The translations under genes and the position numbers were made by a program. From Octopus vulgaris (Eukaryota): a stretch of DNA of 64,000 nt. Positions 45,827 to 63,559 of the stretch are shown here, in pieces (position 1 is the first letter of the stretch; each line of letters opens with the position of its first letter). The notes beneath the pieces are model-generated. The model saw only the letters and a list, made by a program, of their open reading frames with translations, searched no databases and had not been told where the DNA came from. The DNA lies in NCBI GenBank assembly GCA_951406725.2, contig OX597837.1, positions 18,662,001-18,726,000 on the forward strand, given 5' to 3'.

Positions 45827-46188
45827 TATATATATAAACGGCAAAATGTCTGTGTGTGTGTCCTTTATACAAATCTACAATTTTTCAGTTAGAGGGCTCG
45901 CACTTTCTATGGTCATTCAAAACCGTCCAAGGGTGGTCGTGCACATCTTTACATTTCCCCAGTACCCCACAAAGCTATTAAAAAATCAATAGAAGTGACT
46001 TTTTTGTGAATTTTCTATCCAAAACCCAATCAAATGCCCGAAACTTGATACGCCAATTGAATACCAGCTAGCTGTATGTGATTGGTCGGAGATTTGGACA
46101 GTACTCGCTTGTATGTGCGCACGCACGCACGCAGCTGTATATGCATGCACTAGCAGTATGACCCGGCGTTGCCGGGTCATAGTGCTAG
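45827..46188 (+). mobile_element. Non-autonomous Helitron, head-to-tail with the preceding one
   Basis: 5' tatatataaacggcaaaatgtctgtg resembles the 5' end of 24192-24571; 3' cccggcgttgccggg..CTAG. Confidence 0.7.
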
Positions 46189-46206
46189 TATATATATATA
46201 TATATG

Positions 46207-46359
46207 CGACGGGTTTCTTTCAGTCTACTAAGTCCACTTACAAGGCTTTGATCGGCCCGAGGTTATAGTAGAAGACACTTTCCTAAGGTGACATGTAGTG
46301 TGATTGAACCCGGAACTATGTGGTTGGAAAACAGGCTTCTTGCCACACAGCCATGCCTG

Positions 46360-46360
<1 letters not shown>
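46207..46360 (-). mobile_element. SINE family A, 5' part
   Basis: Reverse complement of the family head and body. Confidence 0.75.
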
Positions 46361-49750
<3,390 letters not shown>

Positions 49751-49829
49751 GTATAAATGTAAGTATGTGTGTGCGTGCGTGTGTGTGTATGCGTGTGTAT
49801 CACGGTATTGATCTGTCTATTGGATGTCG

Positions 49830-50082
49830 TATATCGCTGGTTACAATGCGCTTTACATGGTTGCTTTCGCAAAGTACACCATCCTGCTGGCTGAGTGAGA
49901 GGAGTAACATCCCTCAGAACGGAACGCCAATCTGCTGCAGGGTTACACATTTACAGCCGAGTGAACTGGAACAATGTGAAATGAAATGTTTTTACAGAGG
50001 AAAAAAATGCACAACCTGTCTGGGAATCGAAACCACGATTTCGCGATCATCAATGCAACATCCTAACCACTCGGCCACACGA
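49830..50082 (-). mobile_element. tRNA-derived SINE family C (CORE-SINE-like)
   Basis: Minus strand gtggccgagtggttagg (A box) and ggtttcgattcccag (B box). Confidence 0.6.
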
Positions 50083-50106
50083 CTTCACTATAGATATATA
50101 TGAATG

Positions 50107-50226
<120 letters not shown>

Positions 50227-50347
50227 CCTGTCTGTCTGTCTGTCTGTATGTATGTATGTATATGTATGTATGTATGTCTGTATGTCTGTCTGTCTGTATG
50301 TCCGTCTGTCTATCTATAAATACATACATGTGTTTACTTTATTTATT

Positions 50348-50435
50348 TTATTTACATTTGACGGATATGTGTCCTCATCTTGTTTGTTTTTAACACAACA
50401 TACAAGATGAGAACAAATATCCGTAAATGTAAATA
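50348..50435. repeat. Short-spacer inverted repeat (about 35-bp arms)
   Basis: ttatttacatttgacggatatgtgtcctcatcttgt / acaagatgagaacaaatatccgtaaatgtaaataa. Confidence 0.75.
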
Positions 50436-50486
50436 ATGTAAATAATGTACATAATTCCTCATCTCTTAAATATAGAACTATATACA

Positions 50487-50645
50487 TGTGTTTACGTCCC
50501 CGTAACTTAGCTGTTCGGCAAAAGAGACCGATAGAAGAAGTACTAGGTTTACAAAGAATAAGTCCTGGAGTTGATTTGCTTGACTAAAAGGCTATGCTCC
50601 AGCATGACCGCAGTTAAATGAATGCAACAAATAAAAGAAAAGAAT
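50487..50645 (+). mobile_element. SINE family A, 3' half
   Basis: tttacgtccccgtaacttagc..ctccagcatgaccgcagttaaatga. Confidence 0.75.
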
Positions 50646-50759
50646 ATGTGTATATGCATTCAGAGAGAGAGGGAGGAAAGAGAAAGAGAGGAAGAGAGAG
50701 AGAGAGGACAGAGGGAGAGAGGACAGAGAGAGAGAGAAAGAGAGAAAGAAAGGGAGAAT

Positions 50760-50791
<32 letters not shown>

Positions 50792-51332
50792 GGGACAGAG
50801 AGACACATATGCAAGCAAATACATAGACAAACACGTACATAGAATCACCGAAATATATATATGCTCTCTATTGTAAACTGTTTACTGTGTAGTTTATTGA
50901 CCTTACACGGGGAAGTAATCGTGATTCAACGTTGAACACTAACCTCACACTAGATAGCATTCCTATAAAGATAGGAAACATTCATTTTAGTTGTAAAATT
51001 CGATGCATAATTAAATGAAGCGAAGCTTTAAGATGTCCGTGTCCTACTCCAGGAACCCAATCAAAAACGTGTCTAATAGATGTGGACGCATGACCAACGA
51101 TTGCTGAATTACTACATCCGTACGTATATCCACACTCTTCGCGTTACTGAATATTTTGCTATCATATTTTGCAGTTCCGTAACGTGAAACACATTCCCCT
51201 TTGAGTTCCATGCTACAGAGAAGTTACTGAACGTGGAAATAAACGAGATAATGCGTTTCGCGTTGTGGCACTGCATGGCAGAGTTTCCTGAATGCAAGGC
51301 TTCTGTAAAGCGATTCGTATATGCATACATTT

Positions 51333-51668
51333 GTTCTTTTACGTGTTTCAGTCATTTGACTGCGGCCGTGCTGGAGCACCGCCTTTGGTCGAACAAATCG
51401 ATCCCAGGACATATTCTTTAGAAGCCTAGTATTTATTCTATTGGTCTGTTTTGCCGAACTGCTAACTAACAGGGACGTAAACATGCCAGCATCGGTTGTC
51501 AAGACAGTCAGACATACACATACACACATATATATATACGACGGGCTTCTGTCAGTTTCCGTCTAGCCCGAGGTTGTAGTAGAAGACACTTGCCCAAGGT
51601 GCCACGCAGTGGGACTGAGCCCAGAACCATGTGGTTGGTAAACAAGCTACATACCACAGAGCCACTCC
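51333..51668 (-). mobile_element. SINE family A, near full length
   Basis: Reverse complement match to the 1011-1400 family. Confidence 0.85.
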
Positions 51669-51669
51669 T

Positions 51670-51965
51670 GGGTGCCAAAGATCCCAACATCACCATCAAA
51701 ATACAGGACCAGATACTGCAACAGCTTGGGTTTCAGGGGACCATAGCCCTTCAATATCCTTCCTAAATGCCTGAGAGACCTGCATGGTGTGGATGTGGGT
51801 TTCTTTAAAACTAAACTGGATCTCTTCTTATCAGGGGTCCAGATGAACCTACCTCTTGGCAGGAACCACAGATGCAAGTGCCACGTATCAGAGATGGTTT
51901 CACATACTAGTGTAACTCATTCAATGGTAGTGCCCCAGCACGGACACAGCTTTCGGGCTGAAACA
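51670..51965 (+). mobile_element. Older 3' fragment of the CR1/L2-group LINE family
   Basis: Similar to 28908-29238 (ctgagagacctgcatgg..ctggatctcttc..gtgccccagca..gctgaaac). Confidence 0.85.
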
Positions 51966-51978
51966 TTTTGAGGATTAA

Positions 51979-52017
<39 letters not shown>

Positions 52018-52102
52018 TACACACACACACACACACACGCACACATATATGTATATATATATATATAGTGTGTGTGTGTGTGCGCGCGCGTGTGTGTGTG
52101 TG

Positions 52103-52139
<37 letters not shown>

Positions 52140-52557
52140 AAAGATATAAGGCTCAAACAAGGAAATTGCCTCTTGTATTTGAATACTATGCAAATATTCT
52201 TTTAAAAAACTTTTCATATAATTTTTCCAAAATTTAATTGTTTTCCATACTTACAGCAGAAAAAGTCTCAATGACTGAAACCGGTACTAAAATGATTTTT
52301 ATGTTAAAATTATGTTAGCATTTTCTACCTTGACTTCTTTTTCCTTATATATATATACATACATACACATATACATACACACACATACATACATCTATAA
52401 CGATGTATGTACGTATATGTGTGTACATATTCACTTCACATGCACACACGCATATGAGCATGCTTTTATGTGTGAGTATATGCTTCCAAATATACACACA
52501 CATACACACATGACTACATATATGCATATACACGCATAATATACGTATATGTGTATG

Positions 52558-52596
<39 letters not shown>

Positions 52597-53051
52597 ATAT
52601 GAGTATATAAATATGTAAATGTATACATAGGCGCGCGAGCGTGCACACACACACACATACAGACATAAGCACACATGTTTGCGTATACATATATAGACCC
52701 ATGCAATTTAATATTCCCTGCAGTAATTATGATATTGTATAGAGATTTATTTCAGTATCATTTTTCAGTAGATATATTATCGTTATTAATAATCTGATAG
52801 CAACCCTAAGATCAAACCATTAATAACGTAATATCTACGTGTATATTCCTATATTAATTATCCCACAAGTATATCAGTACGACAGGCAATAATTATGTAG
52901 CGCCGTTGTTAATTGTTTGAAAATTGCCTTCTTTAGTTAAGATATTTTTTTTAGTTTTTTCACCCCAGGGGAACTCTGCTTCTGTGCGCTTGTATTTCTC
53001 TATACAGATATGCTTGCATGAATATAAGTATATTTGTTAGTTGTATGCATG

Positions 53052-53135
<84 letters not shown>

Positions 53136-53248
53136 ATGTATACATATATATGTATGTATAAACTTGTGTATATATATATATATATATATGTACATGCATA
53201 CATGCATACATACAAATACTCATGCATACACATGCATACATAACATAC

Positions 53249-53301
<53 letters not shown>

Positions 53302-53499
53302 CATAAGAATAATTTTATTGACAATGACTTTGCGGACTCCATACGTAATGGCGTCGTCAGACTGTCTGGCGACACCATTACCAGTCTCACTTCGAAGTCA
53401 CTATCAATAAAATTATTAATAATATTTGATTCTACACTTATGAGTATTTTTTTTTAGTTAAAGTTCGCAACTTTTATGATTATTAAACACTATTTAACT

Positions 53500-54122
53500 G
53501 TGTGTATGTGTGTATGAGAGAGTGTGTATGTGTGCATGTGCGTGCGTGTATGCATGTATGTATGCATGTATGCATGCATGTATATATGTATGTATGTATG
53601 TACGTATGTATGTATGCATGCATGCATGCATGCATGCATGTATGTATGTATGTATGTATGTATGCATGCATGAATGTATGCATGCATGTATGTATGTATG
53701 TATGTATGTATGTATGTATGTATGTATGTATGTATGCATGCATGTATGTATGTATGTATGTATGTATGTATGTATGCATGCATGAATGCATGCATGCATG
53801 TATGTATGTATGTATGTATGTATGTATGTATGTATGTATGTATGTATGCATGAATGCATGCATGCATGTATGTATGTATGTATGTATGTATGTATGTATG
53901 TATGTATGTATGTATGTATGTATGTATGTATGTATGTATGTATGTATGTATGTATGTATGTATGTATGTATGTATGTATGTATGTATGTATGTATGCATG
54001 CATGAATGCATGCATGCATGTATGTATGTATGTATGTATGTATGTATGCATGTATGTATGTATGCATGTATGTATGTATGTATGTATGTATGTATGTATG
54101 TATGCATGCATGTATGTATGCA
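53500..54122. repeat. Compound (TATG)n/(CATG)n satellite
   Basis: Direct reading. Confidence 0.95.
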
Positions 54123-55384
54123 CGTGTATATCATTACTCAGTTTTATTTCAAGATTTCTTGCCAATTAAAAAAGAACGGGTTTCTAACCGAGATCCAAGG
54201 CTCCTTCATTGGAATTTCGACAACATCAACAAAGTAGTTTTGTGTGCATGTGTGTATATATACACAATATTTGGAGCGGGTGCATTTGCAGCTTTGTTTG
54301 TTTTGTTTTATTCAGGAATCAGTTTCTAGTCTAGAGACACGGTGCTATCATTGGATTTAGGTAACATCAACTGGGTAGTCGTTTCATATAGGCTTGTATT
54401 TATATAAGTATATAAATAGACATGTATGTACATAAGTATGCACACACGTATGTATGTGTGCAAGCATGGATGTTACTGCACCTGTGGATCTGTATATTTT
54501 GACTTATTTACATATATGCACTCATATGTTGGCATGTGAACACATGCATCTGCAGCAGCGTGCAACGTCTTCAGCTTCTTCAAATTTAAACTGGAGCTCG
54601 TAAAAAATACCGGGAATCAAAATCTCTTCATCAAAGCAAGCTAACATCTAACAGAACACCGAAATAGAGATACAATAATCTCGTCACTGATGAACGAACG
54701 ACAATACGTCGTTTTGCAACTGAAATGAAGAGAACATTTGGAAGGAATTTATGAAACTCATTGAGTCTATGACTCCGATCCCCTTTCATCTGAAATGATC
54801 AAAATGAACATTGTAATGTTCAGCGAAGGCAGATCAGCCTAAGAACAGGGCAAATACCGCTTGAGCAATTAGCTGCAGACTTCTTTTGTGACGGTGTCAG
54901 TTCGATGAAATGTGACTGCAACTCAAAAAAGATCCTGGGGTCAATTCATTCAGCTAAATTTGTTTAAAGCCACAGTTTAACGACTGAAACAAGTAAAAGG
55001 TAAAATTATTGTCGTTGCATTACGCCAAAGACACACTGTATCGCTAAACATTGATAAGAAAGAGAGAGAGAAAACAAACAATTCGAAGGTGGGAAGCAGC
55101 CGGAGAGCGTTGATTGTCGTGTACAGGCCCAAGTAATTAACCTTGTATCGAGGCTATCTTATCAACCTTTAGCTGCAGGCTCTCAGTGGAGATATAAATA
55201 ATATAGCAAACTGGCTGGCATTGTCAGAAAAGAAGTTGGTCTGACATTAAAAAGCAAAATGATTCATATGGTGAAGAAATATAGGCAAAAATCTCTTTCA
55301 TTGCCCCCTCTCTTTCTCTCTCGCTCTCATACCCCCCCTCTCTCTTTCCGTTTCTATCTAGCTATATATCAATATGTATGTATG

Positions 55385-55508
<124 letters not shown>

Positions 55509-55509
55509 G

Positions 55510-56265
55510 TACTGAACCACAAAAGAAACGTTGCACACGTACTAAATAGATACTGATTTATTAACACACTGCCATAGCATTGATTGAAGAGTGCTAGTTA
55601 AGAAACCGTTATTTCCTAATGATAAAACGTCATTTCCTGAAACATGTTTGACGTCACATGGTGTCACGTGGTGTACTGGATCCAAAGAGATGGATTCACT
55701 ATCTCGTGTGACCACCGTTAACATTGATTACCGCCAGGCATCTTATGTACATTGAATGCAACAAACGATTGACGAAGGCCATGGAGATAGCAGCCCACAC
55801 TCTGTTAAAACTTGCGGTGAGTTGTGCCGCAGTTGTAAGCCTTGGACGGATGTCATTTAGCCTTCTTTGGATTTTGTCCCACAGGTGTTCTATAGGGATC
55901 AAGTTCGGACTTAGTCAGGACATGGCAGTGTCTGGATGTTGTGCTGTTGGAGGAAGTCTGTTATCAACCGGGCAGTATGGATACGGGCGTTTTCGTGTTG
56001 GAACATGTGATTCCGATGACGGGTGAAGTAATGCATAATGTGAGGCCTCAAAACTTGGTCGATATAGCGAGCAGCGGTTACTCCATTGCCACGGCTTTGG
56101 TCAATGTTTTGGAAGAGCATCGGTCCTAGTATCTGGTTGAGCGCAATCCCGCCTCATATCATGATGCTCTGTCCCCCTCATGAGTCTCTCTCCACCACAC
56201 ATCCATCGGCACGGATTTCACCCCTTCTTCTCCAAACCTTATCTCTGCCATCTGCCACGTTCGAA
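55510..56265 (-). pseudogene. Tc1-like transposase 3' fragment
   Basis: VWRRRGE, TAARYIDQVLRP, FQHENARIHTAR, PIEHLWD..CLAVINVNGGHTR*; possible TIR end near 55510. Confidence 0.85.
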
Positions 56266-56952
56266 ACGTATGGATACATACACATAAATATAAACACATA
56301 AATTTACATGAGGTTATAGTTTATTTTTTTAAAAATAGAAATAGTAAATATACATAGCTTTTGATTGCATTATTTAACGTACACATTAGTATAGATAATA
56401 ATAAATAATGATAGCAGTATAATTTATAATATTATTTAGTGTCGGTGTGATGAGGATAAAGGATATTTTTCTGAGTAAATTTTTGTGCAATAGATGTAAT
56501 TTTTTCTTAACCGTATAGAAGTGAAAGTAAATATTTACTATTTCTCCATTAATTCATAACGAGTTCGTTTCTGTTTTAAAATACTAAGGTGCAAAAAGTC
56601 GTGTTTTAATCTGATGAGATTTTTACTCAAAATATTTCCAAAATACAAAATTTCTATAAATTTGTTATTGGTTTTGGCTTTGAATCGAAACAATTGTACG
56701 GTTATTAGTGTAAATATATCATAATAATAATATAATATCATGCTCATAATTTATCATATGTCACTTTAAACTCTCCATTTTCCTTTTATTATTTTTATAT
56801 ATTGTGTATATACCCATTTGTATTGCAGCATTTTTTCCCTACTATATTGGGTATTAAATCAGTTAATCAGCGAAAATTGCATGTTTCCAATTCTATAAGA
56901 GGAGTTTGTTTCCTTGTATTCGATTATATATATATACACATACATACATATA

Positions 56953-57378
56953 GGCACAGGCGTAGCTGTAGGGTAAAAAGCTTGCTTCTCAACCATATGG
57001 CTCCGGGTTCAGTCCCACTGTGTGGCACCTTGGACAAGTGACTTGTACTCTAGCCTCAGGCCGACCAAAGCCTTGTGAATGGATTTGGTAGACAGAAACT
57101 GTAAGAAGTCTGTCGTATATGTATAGATATGTGTGTGTGTGTGTGCGTGTGCATGCAAGTGTGTGTGAGTGTGTGTGTATGTGTGTGTGTTTATGTTTGT
57201 CCTCTCACCATCACATGACAACCGATGCTGATGTCTTTATGTTTCTGTAACTTAGCAGCTTAGCAAAAGAGAACGATAAAATAAGTACAAGGCTTGCAAA
57301 GAATAAGTTCTGGGGTCGATTTCTCTAAGATGGTACTCCAAAATGGCTGCAATCAAATGACTGAAACAAGTAAAAGAA
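56953..57378 (+). mobile_element. SINE family A, full length
   Basis: Head, internal (TG)n, tail gcaatcaaatgactgaaacaagtaaaaga. Confidence 0.85.
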
Positions 57379-57976
57379 TATATATATATATATATATATA
57401 TCGTTTGTAAAATACATAAATCCGAAAGAAGAAGCAAGCACTAATTGTAGAGCAGTATATTTTGAAAATGGGGAAAGCCGGTTTATGTATATGCTATGTA
57501 TGTGTGCATGCATGAACATATGTATGTAAGAGTGATATTGGTGAATAGAAGTTTGTTTCACGACCATGGGGTACTGGGTTCAATGCAACTGAATAGCGCC
57601 TTGCCTAAATCTCACTTTCTACAACCTTGAGTCGTGGTGTAGAAAGTGAGTGAATTTGGGTAAACATAAGCCTTAAATGGCCGTTTCTGGAGAACCTTGG
57701 ATCGTATGTTTATTAAATAAGAAATTACTTGGAGTTAATCAACAGCAACAACAGCAGCAATAACAACAACATTAACACCACCAACAACAGCTCTCTACCC
57801 GTTAAAAGCCACCGTTTACGCAATGGGGATAACAACGTAGCTTTGGCACCCGTGCAACCGCCCGTCTATCACGTGTGGTGGGTGGATCTTCAAGTTGCCA
57901 CACGCATTCTTAGTGGCTTAGAGTAGGCTCGAATTAGAGATTATTCTTTGTGGCTAATGGCGTGAATCTTGGATTG

Positions 57977-58150
57977 GAAGAAGAAGAAGAAGAAGAAGAA
58001 GAAGAAGAAGAAGAAGAAGAAGAAGAAGAAGAAGAAGAAGAAGAAGAAGAAGAAGAAGAAGAAGATGATGATGATGAAAAGGAAGAAGAAGAAGAAGAAG
58101 GAGGAGAAGAAGAAGAATGAGGAGAAGGAGAAGGAGATGAAGAAGAAAAC
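57977..58150. repeat. (GAA)n trinucleotide tract
   Basis: Direct reading. Confidence 0.95.
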
Positions 58151-58708
58151 AGCGACGGCGACAACTACAATGATAACAATAACGACAAAGATGACAACAA
58201 CGACACTATGCTTGGCAAAAAAAAATGGGATGGTCACTGCTGGATTAACTTTGGTCATAAGCCTGTTTGATCAAACTTGAGGCTAAACAATAACAATATC
58301 AACAACATTTTCCTTTCTGCAAACTTTATTGCACTTTTGCTTTGTGTCAGCCTCAACAAGGCCAAACTTTCACTCCCACCGACTCTGCCTAATGGTCCAG
58401 ATACCAAAATATATCCCATACACTTCTTTATTTCATTAATGGTCAAATGTTAGACAAGCTTAAGACTCTAGTCCACTTGACAACCTTCTAATGAAAGAAC
58501 ATTTCGGCTATTTTCATTACGAGTTGTTGTGGCAATATTATGTGTATTCATATTGTGTTCCAGTAAAACGACCATATTTCAAATCTTAAGTCACGGTAGC
58601 AGTCTAAACAAATTCCACAAATTCTAAAGACATAAATTAATTTTTTTTTCTGTCATACCATCTATTTAAATTTTAATACAGAAATTAGACATATCCAGGT
58701 ATATATGA

Positions 58709-58801
<93 letters not shown>

Positions 58802-59121
58802 ACACGCACACATAGACACACACACACGCGCATACACTCATACACACACACACTCACTCACCCTCACACACACACACAGATGTATATATGCAAAGCTTTC
58901 TTTTCAGCTTAAAGTTGTCTCCCTTGATATCAAGTACTAAAAAGAACTGACGAGTTCGAAATGCATCTCTCAGTCGAACCACCATTTTGTCTTAAACGAT
59001 AACTTTTTTCTTCGCGACAAAACTCCAGTGAATGACTTTACTGTTTCAAATATCCCAAAAGATATCTTAACTGGTCTTAAGTTTGCAGTCTTTCCGCCAT
59101 TGTTTTTCGCATCTACTCACG

Positions 59122-59159
<38 letters not shown>

Positions 59160-59364
59160 TGTGTGTGTGTTTATGCTTTTCTCTTTCTCTTTAATTTTAA
59201 ACTAAATGTTGACAGGTCACCTTCTTAGTAGCAAGGCTGTGAAGGAAAGCATCTTGTTTTAACTATCATCCTTTAAATCATAAGAAGGTCTTGCAAATTT
59301 TTATAGTGCCAGAATCGTGGTCATTGAATTAAGGGTCCCTCCCCGGGATCCCAAGCTTAGCCAT

Positions 59365-59465
59365 ACTTTACTCTAGACGAGTTGGTGTGTATCCTGCTGC
59401 TCCAATAATAACAATAGGTATGAAGCTGAAATGAATCTTGGATACTGGATTTGAAAACTCATTAT
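59365..59465 (-). pseudogene. Small R4/Dong-like C-terminal fragment
   Basis: FSFIPIVIIGAAGYTPTRLE resembles the IP-VIG-LG motif. Confidence 0.4.
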
Positions 59466-59619
59466 CAAATGTATGTATGTATGTATGTGTGTGTGTATGT
59501 ATGTATGTATGTATGTATGTATGTATGTATGTATGTATGTATGTATGTATGTATGTATGTATGTATGCACGCATGTATGTATGTACGTATGTATGTATGT
59601 ATGTATGTATGTATGTATG

Positions 59620-59671
<52 letters not shown>

Positions 59672-60088
59672 TGGATGTATGTATGTATGTATGTATGTAT
59701 GTATGGATGGATGTATGGATGTATGTGTACACATATAATGTTATAGTTTAAAAGTCGATCCTTTATTCTATCAGTAAATGACATCTTATAGAATACAAAT
59801 AATAAATTATAGAGAAAAAGTATATAGAATATAGAGTGTGGGAGAGAAACGGGAGAAAGAGCAATAGTAGAGAGGGACAGCGAAAGGAGTTAAAAGAGGC
59901 GAGAGAAGGAGAGAGATTGAAGCAGCGAATGAGGGGTGGGATGGAAGATTGAGTTACACTTACTCGTTTCTATCAATCAATCAACCAAACTCATTCCACT
60001 TACCCTTTATCTGTCTGTCTATGTATGTATACGGACATGAATATATTTCGGTGTATTTCTTTTTTCTGTCTGTCTGTCTGTCTCTTTC

Positions 60089-60241
60089 TATGTATGTATG
60101 TATGTATGTATGTATGTATGTATGTATGTATGTATGTATGTATGTATGTATGTATGTATGTATGTATGTATGTATGTATCTATCTATCTATCTATCTATC
60201 TTTACACACACATGTATGTAGTATGTATGTATGTATGTATG

Positions 60242-60272
<31 letters not shown>

Positions 60273-60323
60273 GTATGTATGAATCTATCTATCTATCTTT
60301 ACACACACATGTACGTATGTATG

Positions 60324-60366
<43 letters not shown>

Positions 60367-60425
60367 ACACACACATGTACGTATGTATGTATGTATGTAT
60401 GTATGTATGTATGTATGTATGTATG

Positions 60426-60468
<43 letters not shown>

Positions 60469-60486
60469 ACACACACATGTATGTAG

Positions 60487-60517
<31 letters not shown>

Positions 60518-60728
60518 GTATGTATGAATCTATCTATCTATCTTTACACACACATGTACGTATGTATGTATGTATCTATCTATCTATCTATCTTTACACA
60601 CACATGTACGTATGTATGTATGTATGTATGTATGTATGTATGTATGTATGTATGTATGTATGTATGTATGTATCTATCTATCTATCTATCTATTTTTACA
60701 CACACATGTATGTATGTATGTATGTATG

Positions 60729-60767
<39 letters not shown>

Positions 60768-60850
60768 ACACACACATGTATGTAGGTATGCATGTATGTA
60801 TGTATGCATGTATGTATGTATGTATGTATGTATGTATGTATGTATGTATG

Positions 60851-60881
<31 letters not shown>

Positions 60882-60915
60882 GTATGTATGAATCTATGTA
60901 TGTATCTATGTATGT
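60089..60915. repeat. Higher-order minisatellite: (TATG)n(TATC)n-TTTACACACACATGTA units
   Basis: Anchor recurs 8 times (about 60201, 60298, 60364, 60466, 60543, 60593, 60695, 60765). Confidence 0.9.
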
Positions 60916-60951
60916 ATGTGTAGGAATGTCTGTACGTACACACACATACAC

Positions 60952-60985
<34 letters not shown>

Positions 60986-61223
60986 ACAGTCCTCTTTAGA
61001 TGTGAGTATGCTGTATATTCGGATCATGTGGGTCGGCATTTTGTATAAAAGAAAAAGACTAACTCGTCACTCAACACAAGTCCTTTGATAATACATTTTT
61101 GCAGTTACTTAGAAACGAATAAATAAACTAAAGGTTACATGCTTCCTCCATCTTGAGACTTCTTCACTGTATTACTGTATTTGAGCAGAGGACGTTTTCG
61201 TTTTCGCATACGCACACACACAA

Positions 61224-61338
<115 letters not shown>

Positions 61339-61439
61339 GACTTTTTCATGTCGTTGTCCCAACGCAGGATTCAGATGAACAAGGTATTGAAAGATGGCTA
61401 AATTAGGCAGTCAAGAGTGGATTGTGCTTACATTTCTAT

Positions 61440-61555
61440 CGACTCATTACGTTTTGAGTTCAAATTCCGTCAGGGTCAACTTTGCATTTGATCCCACTGG
61501 GATTGATAAAATAAAATACCAGTGAAGTATTGGGCTTGATGTAATCAACTAGATC
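61440..61555 (+). mobile_element. SINE family B, degenerate
   Basis: gagttcaaattccgtcagggtcaactttgcatttgatccc..gataaaataaaataccag. Confidence 0.6.
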
Positions 61556-61596
61556 CTTTCGCTAAAATTTCAAACCTTGAGCATATTGTAGAGAGA

Positions 61597-61657
<61 letters not shown>

Positions 61658-61723
61658 TTACTACTACTACTACTACTACTGATGAGAAATAAGAATAATA
61701 ATTATAATGATAAAAATAATAAT

Positions 61724-62533
61724 TTGGCGGATGTCGGAGACAGGTAACACCAACAAATTGGAATTTCTTCTTTTTGACGAGGATTTTTCAGTTTTTTTTT
61801 CACGGGGCCCTTGGAAATGATCTGGAGCATCTTTTTAACAAAAAAAAAAAATTTTTTTAAAGATTTCTTTTAAACTCCACCACCACCATCATTTCACCCT
61901 CCTCCAGACCGATTTAGATGATTTTGTGGGCACTATGCACGATGATTTTGGGGGGAGTCACTCCGCACTTAAAAACTATAGGAGAAGCCTCTTCGGTAAA
62001 AAAGTAAGTAAATATTTTCAGACGCAAAGGTGTGTAATTAATGGAAGATTTGGTTGTTGTTTCTAGCATATCGCATGATTACCTTCCTCGTTTCTTTCTC
62101 ACTCTGATACGTATTGATGTTTTTCAATATTTTCTCCCCATTAATAGCATAAACTCATTTATGCTAGTAAAATAATTTTTTTGAAAATTTATGGTTTTAA
62201 TTACCGGTCATGAGATATGCTAGAAACAACAGACAAATCTCCCTTAAATCACACACCTTTTCCTCTGAAAATATTTAATTTTTTTACCGAAAAGCCTTCT
62301 ATAGTTTTCTCAAGTGCGTAGTGCCCACAAAATCGGTCTGGAAAGGGGAAGATGTGTGTGGAGAGGGGGTTTTATAATAAACATTTTTCGTAAATTTTTT
62401 TTTTTTGCTAAAAGGATGCCCCAGGGCATTTCCAAGTGCATTGTGAAAAAGAAAAAAAAAACTCTGAAAACAGAAATTCCTGTCAAAACAGAAATTCCAT
62501 CCTGTAGGTGCTACATATCTCCGACGTCAGCCA
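61724..62533. mobile_element. Old foldback/MITE-like element with about 330-350 bp diverged inverted arms
   Basis: 61724-62078 mirrors 62208-62533 (e.g. attttgtgggcacta/tagtgcccacaaaat, ttgtttctagcatatc/gatatgctagaaacaa). Confidence 0.7.
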
Positions 62534-62767
62534 ATAATTTGTTTAATTGCTACTTCAAAATTCTTAATTTTCAGTGGTAAGAATTTTATTGAATATGGTA
62601 TCGAATGGTACAGGGAGAGCTTTTTAAAATACAATTTAACGAAAGCAATTAACCGCAAAATCAATTGGTCAAAGTAACAGTAGCTCGAATCAACATTAAT
62701 TGATTTATAGCAAATATTAAAATAATTAAATCTTAGAGCGAGTTATAAACAGTAGCTGCAACACATC

Positions 62768-63000
62768 GTGATGTATATTTGCCATTTAAATATGGCTAAC
62801 CCCTAAGGGTGGATGCTACTGTAGTTTGTAGCCCCAGGAGGACACCTCCTCCAGCTGGCTATAGACACACTTTGCAAATACTGATAAGGCACAGAAAGTG
62901 TGTCTATAGCCAGCTGGAGGAGGTGTCCTCCTGGGGCTACAAACTACAGTAGCATCCACCCTTAGGGGTTAGCCATATTTAAATGGCAAATATACGTCAC
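62768..63000. repeat. Near-perfect inverted repeat, 106-bp arms, 21-nt spacer
   Basis: 62768-62873 is the reverse complement of 62895-63000 with one CpG transition seen. Confidence 0.92.
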
Positions 63001-63559
63001 CATTAAAATAATTATAATAACAAATATTAAACTAATAATAGCCTATATTAAAACAAGGCTTTCATTAACGGTGTAGTTTATGTGTGCGTATTTGTCTCGT
63101 TTGCATTTACAGTATAAACAATCTTCACATTTCAGGAGTTTCTGTAATCAGCGTCAATCAAAAAGAATCAAATCTATGTTAAAAGCACAAGTCTTCAGGG
63201 GTTTTAATAATTTCATTATTCAGCTTAAAGGATATCTTAGACTTATGAGACCAGATGAGAACACTAAATTGGATTTGTTTCTGTTAAGTCTTTGAGATAC
63301 AATATTTGGCTGCTATGATAAAATAGAGACTTGGAATTATATTTTAAAAAGCGAGGCTTGAAGATGGCATTACATTCTATTCAAGAGTAAAACTTTCATT
63401 ACGTCTAAATTTATCGGAAGCAAACAACCTTTTAATTAGTTTGATAATTTTCTTAGATAAAGATCAAAATACTGTAATCTAACCATTTACGAAAGAGCTT
63501 ATAAGAGATGTTTCTTCCTCAACCCACTCAGGGATTAAATGGGGACCGATCCAAAGGCA

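Noticed and set aside
54684-54740. CTGATGA..hairpin..GAAA hammerhead candidate
   Set aside because: No stem III, cleavage triplet or stem I partner found
57969-58280. Poly-Lys/poly-Ser ORFs
   Set aside because: Product of the (GAA)n tract
60089-60915. CRISPR-like repeat-spacer appearance
   Set aside because: Spacers are simple tetranucleotide repeats, the context is eukaryotic, and there are no cas genes
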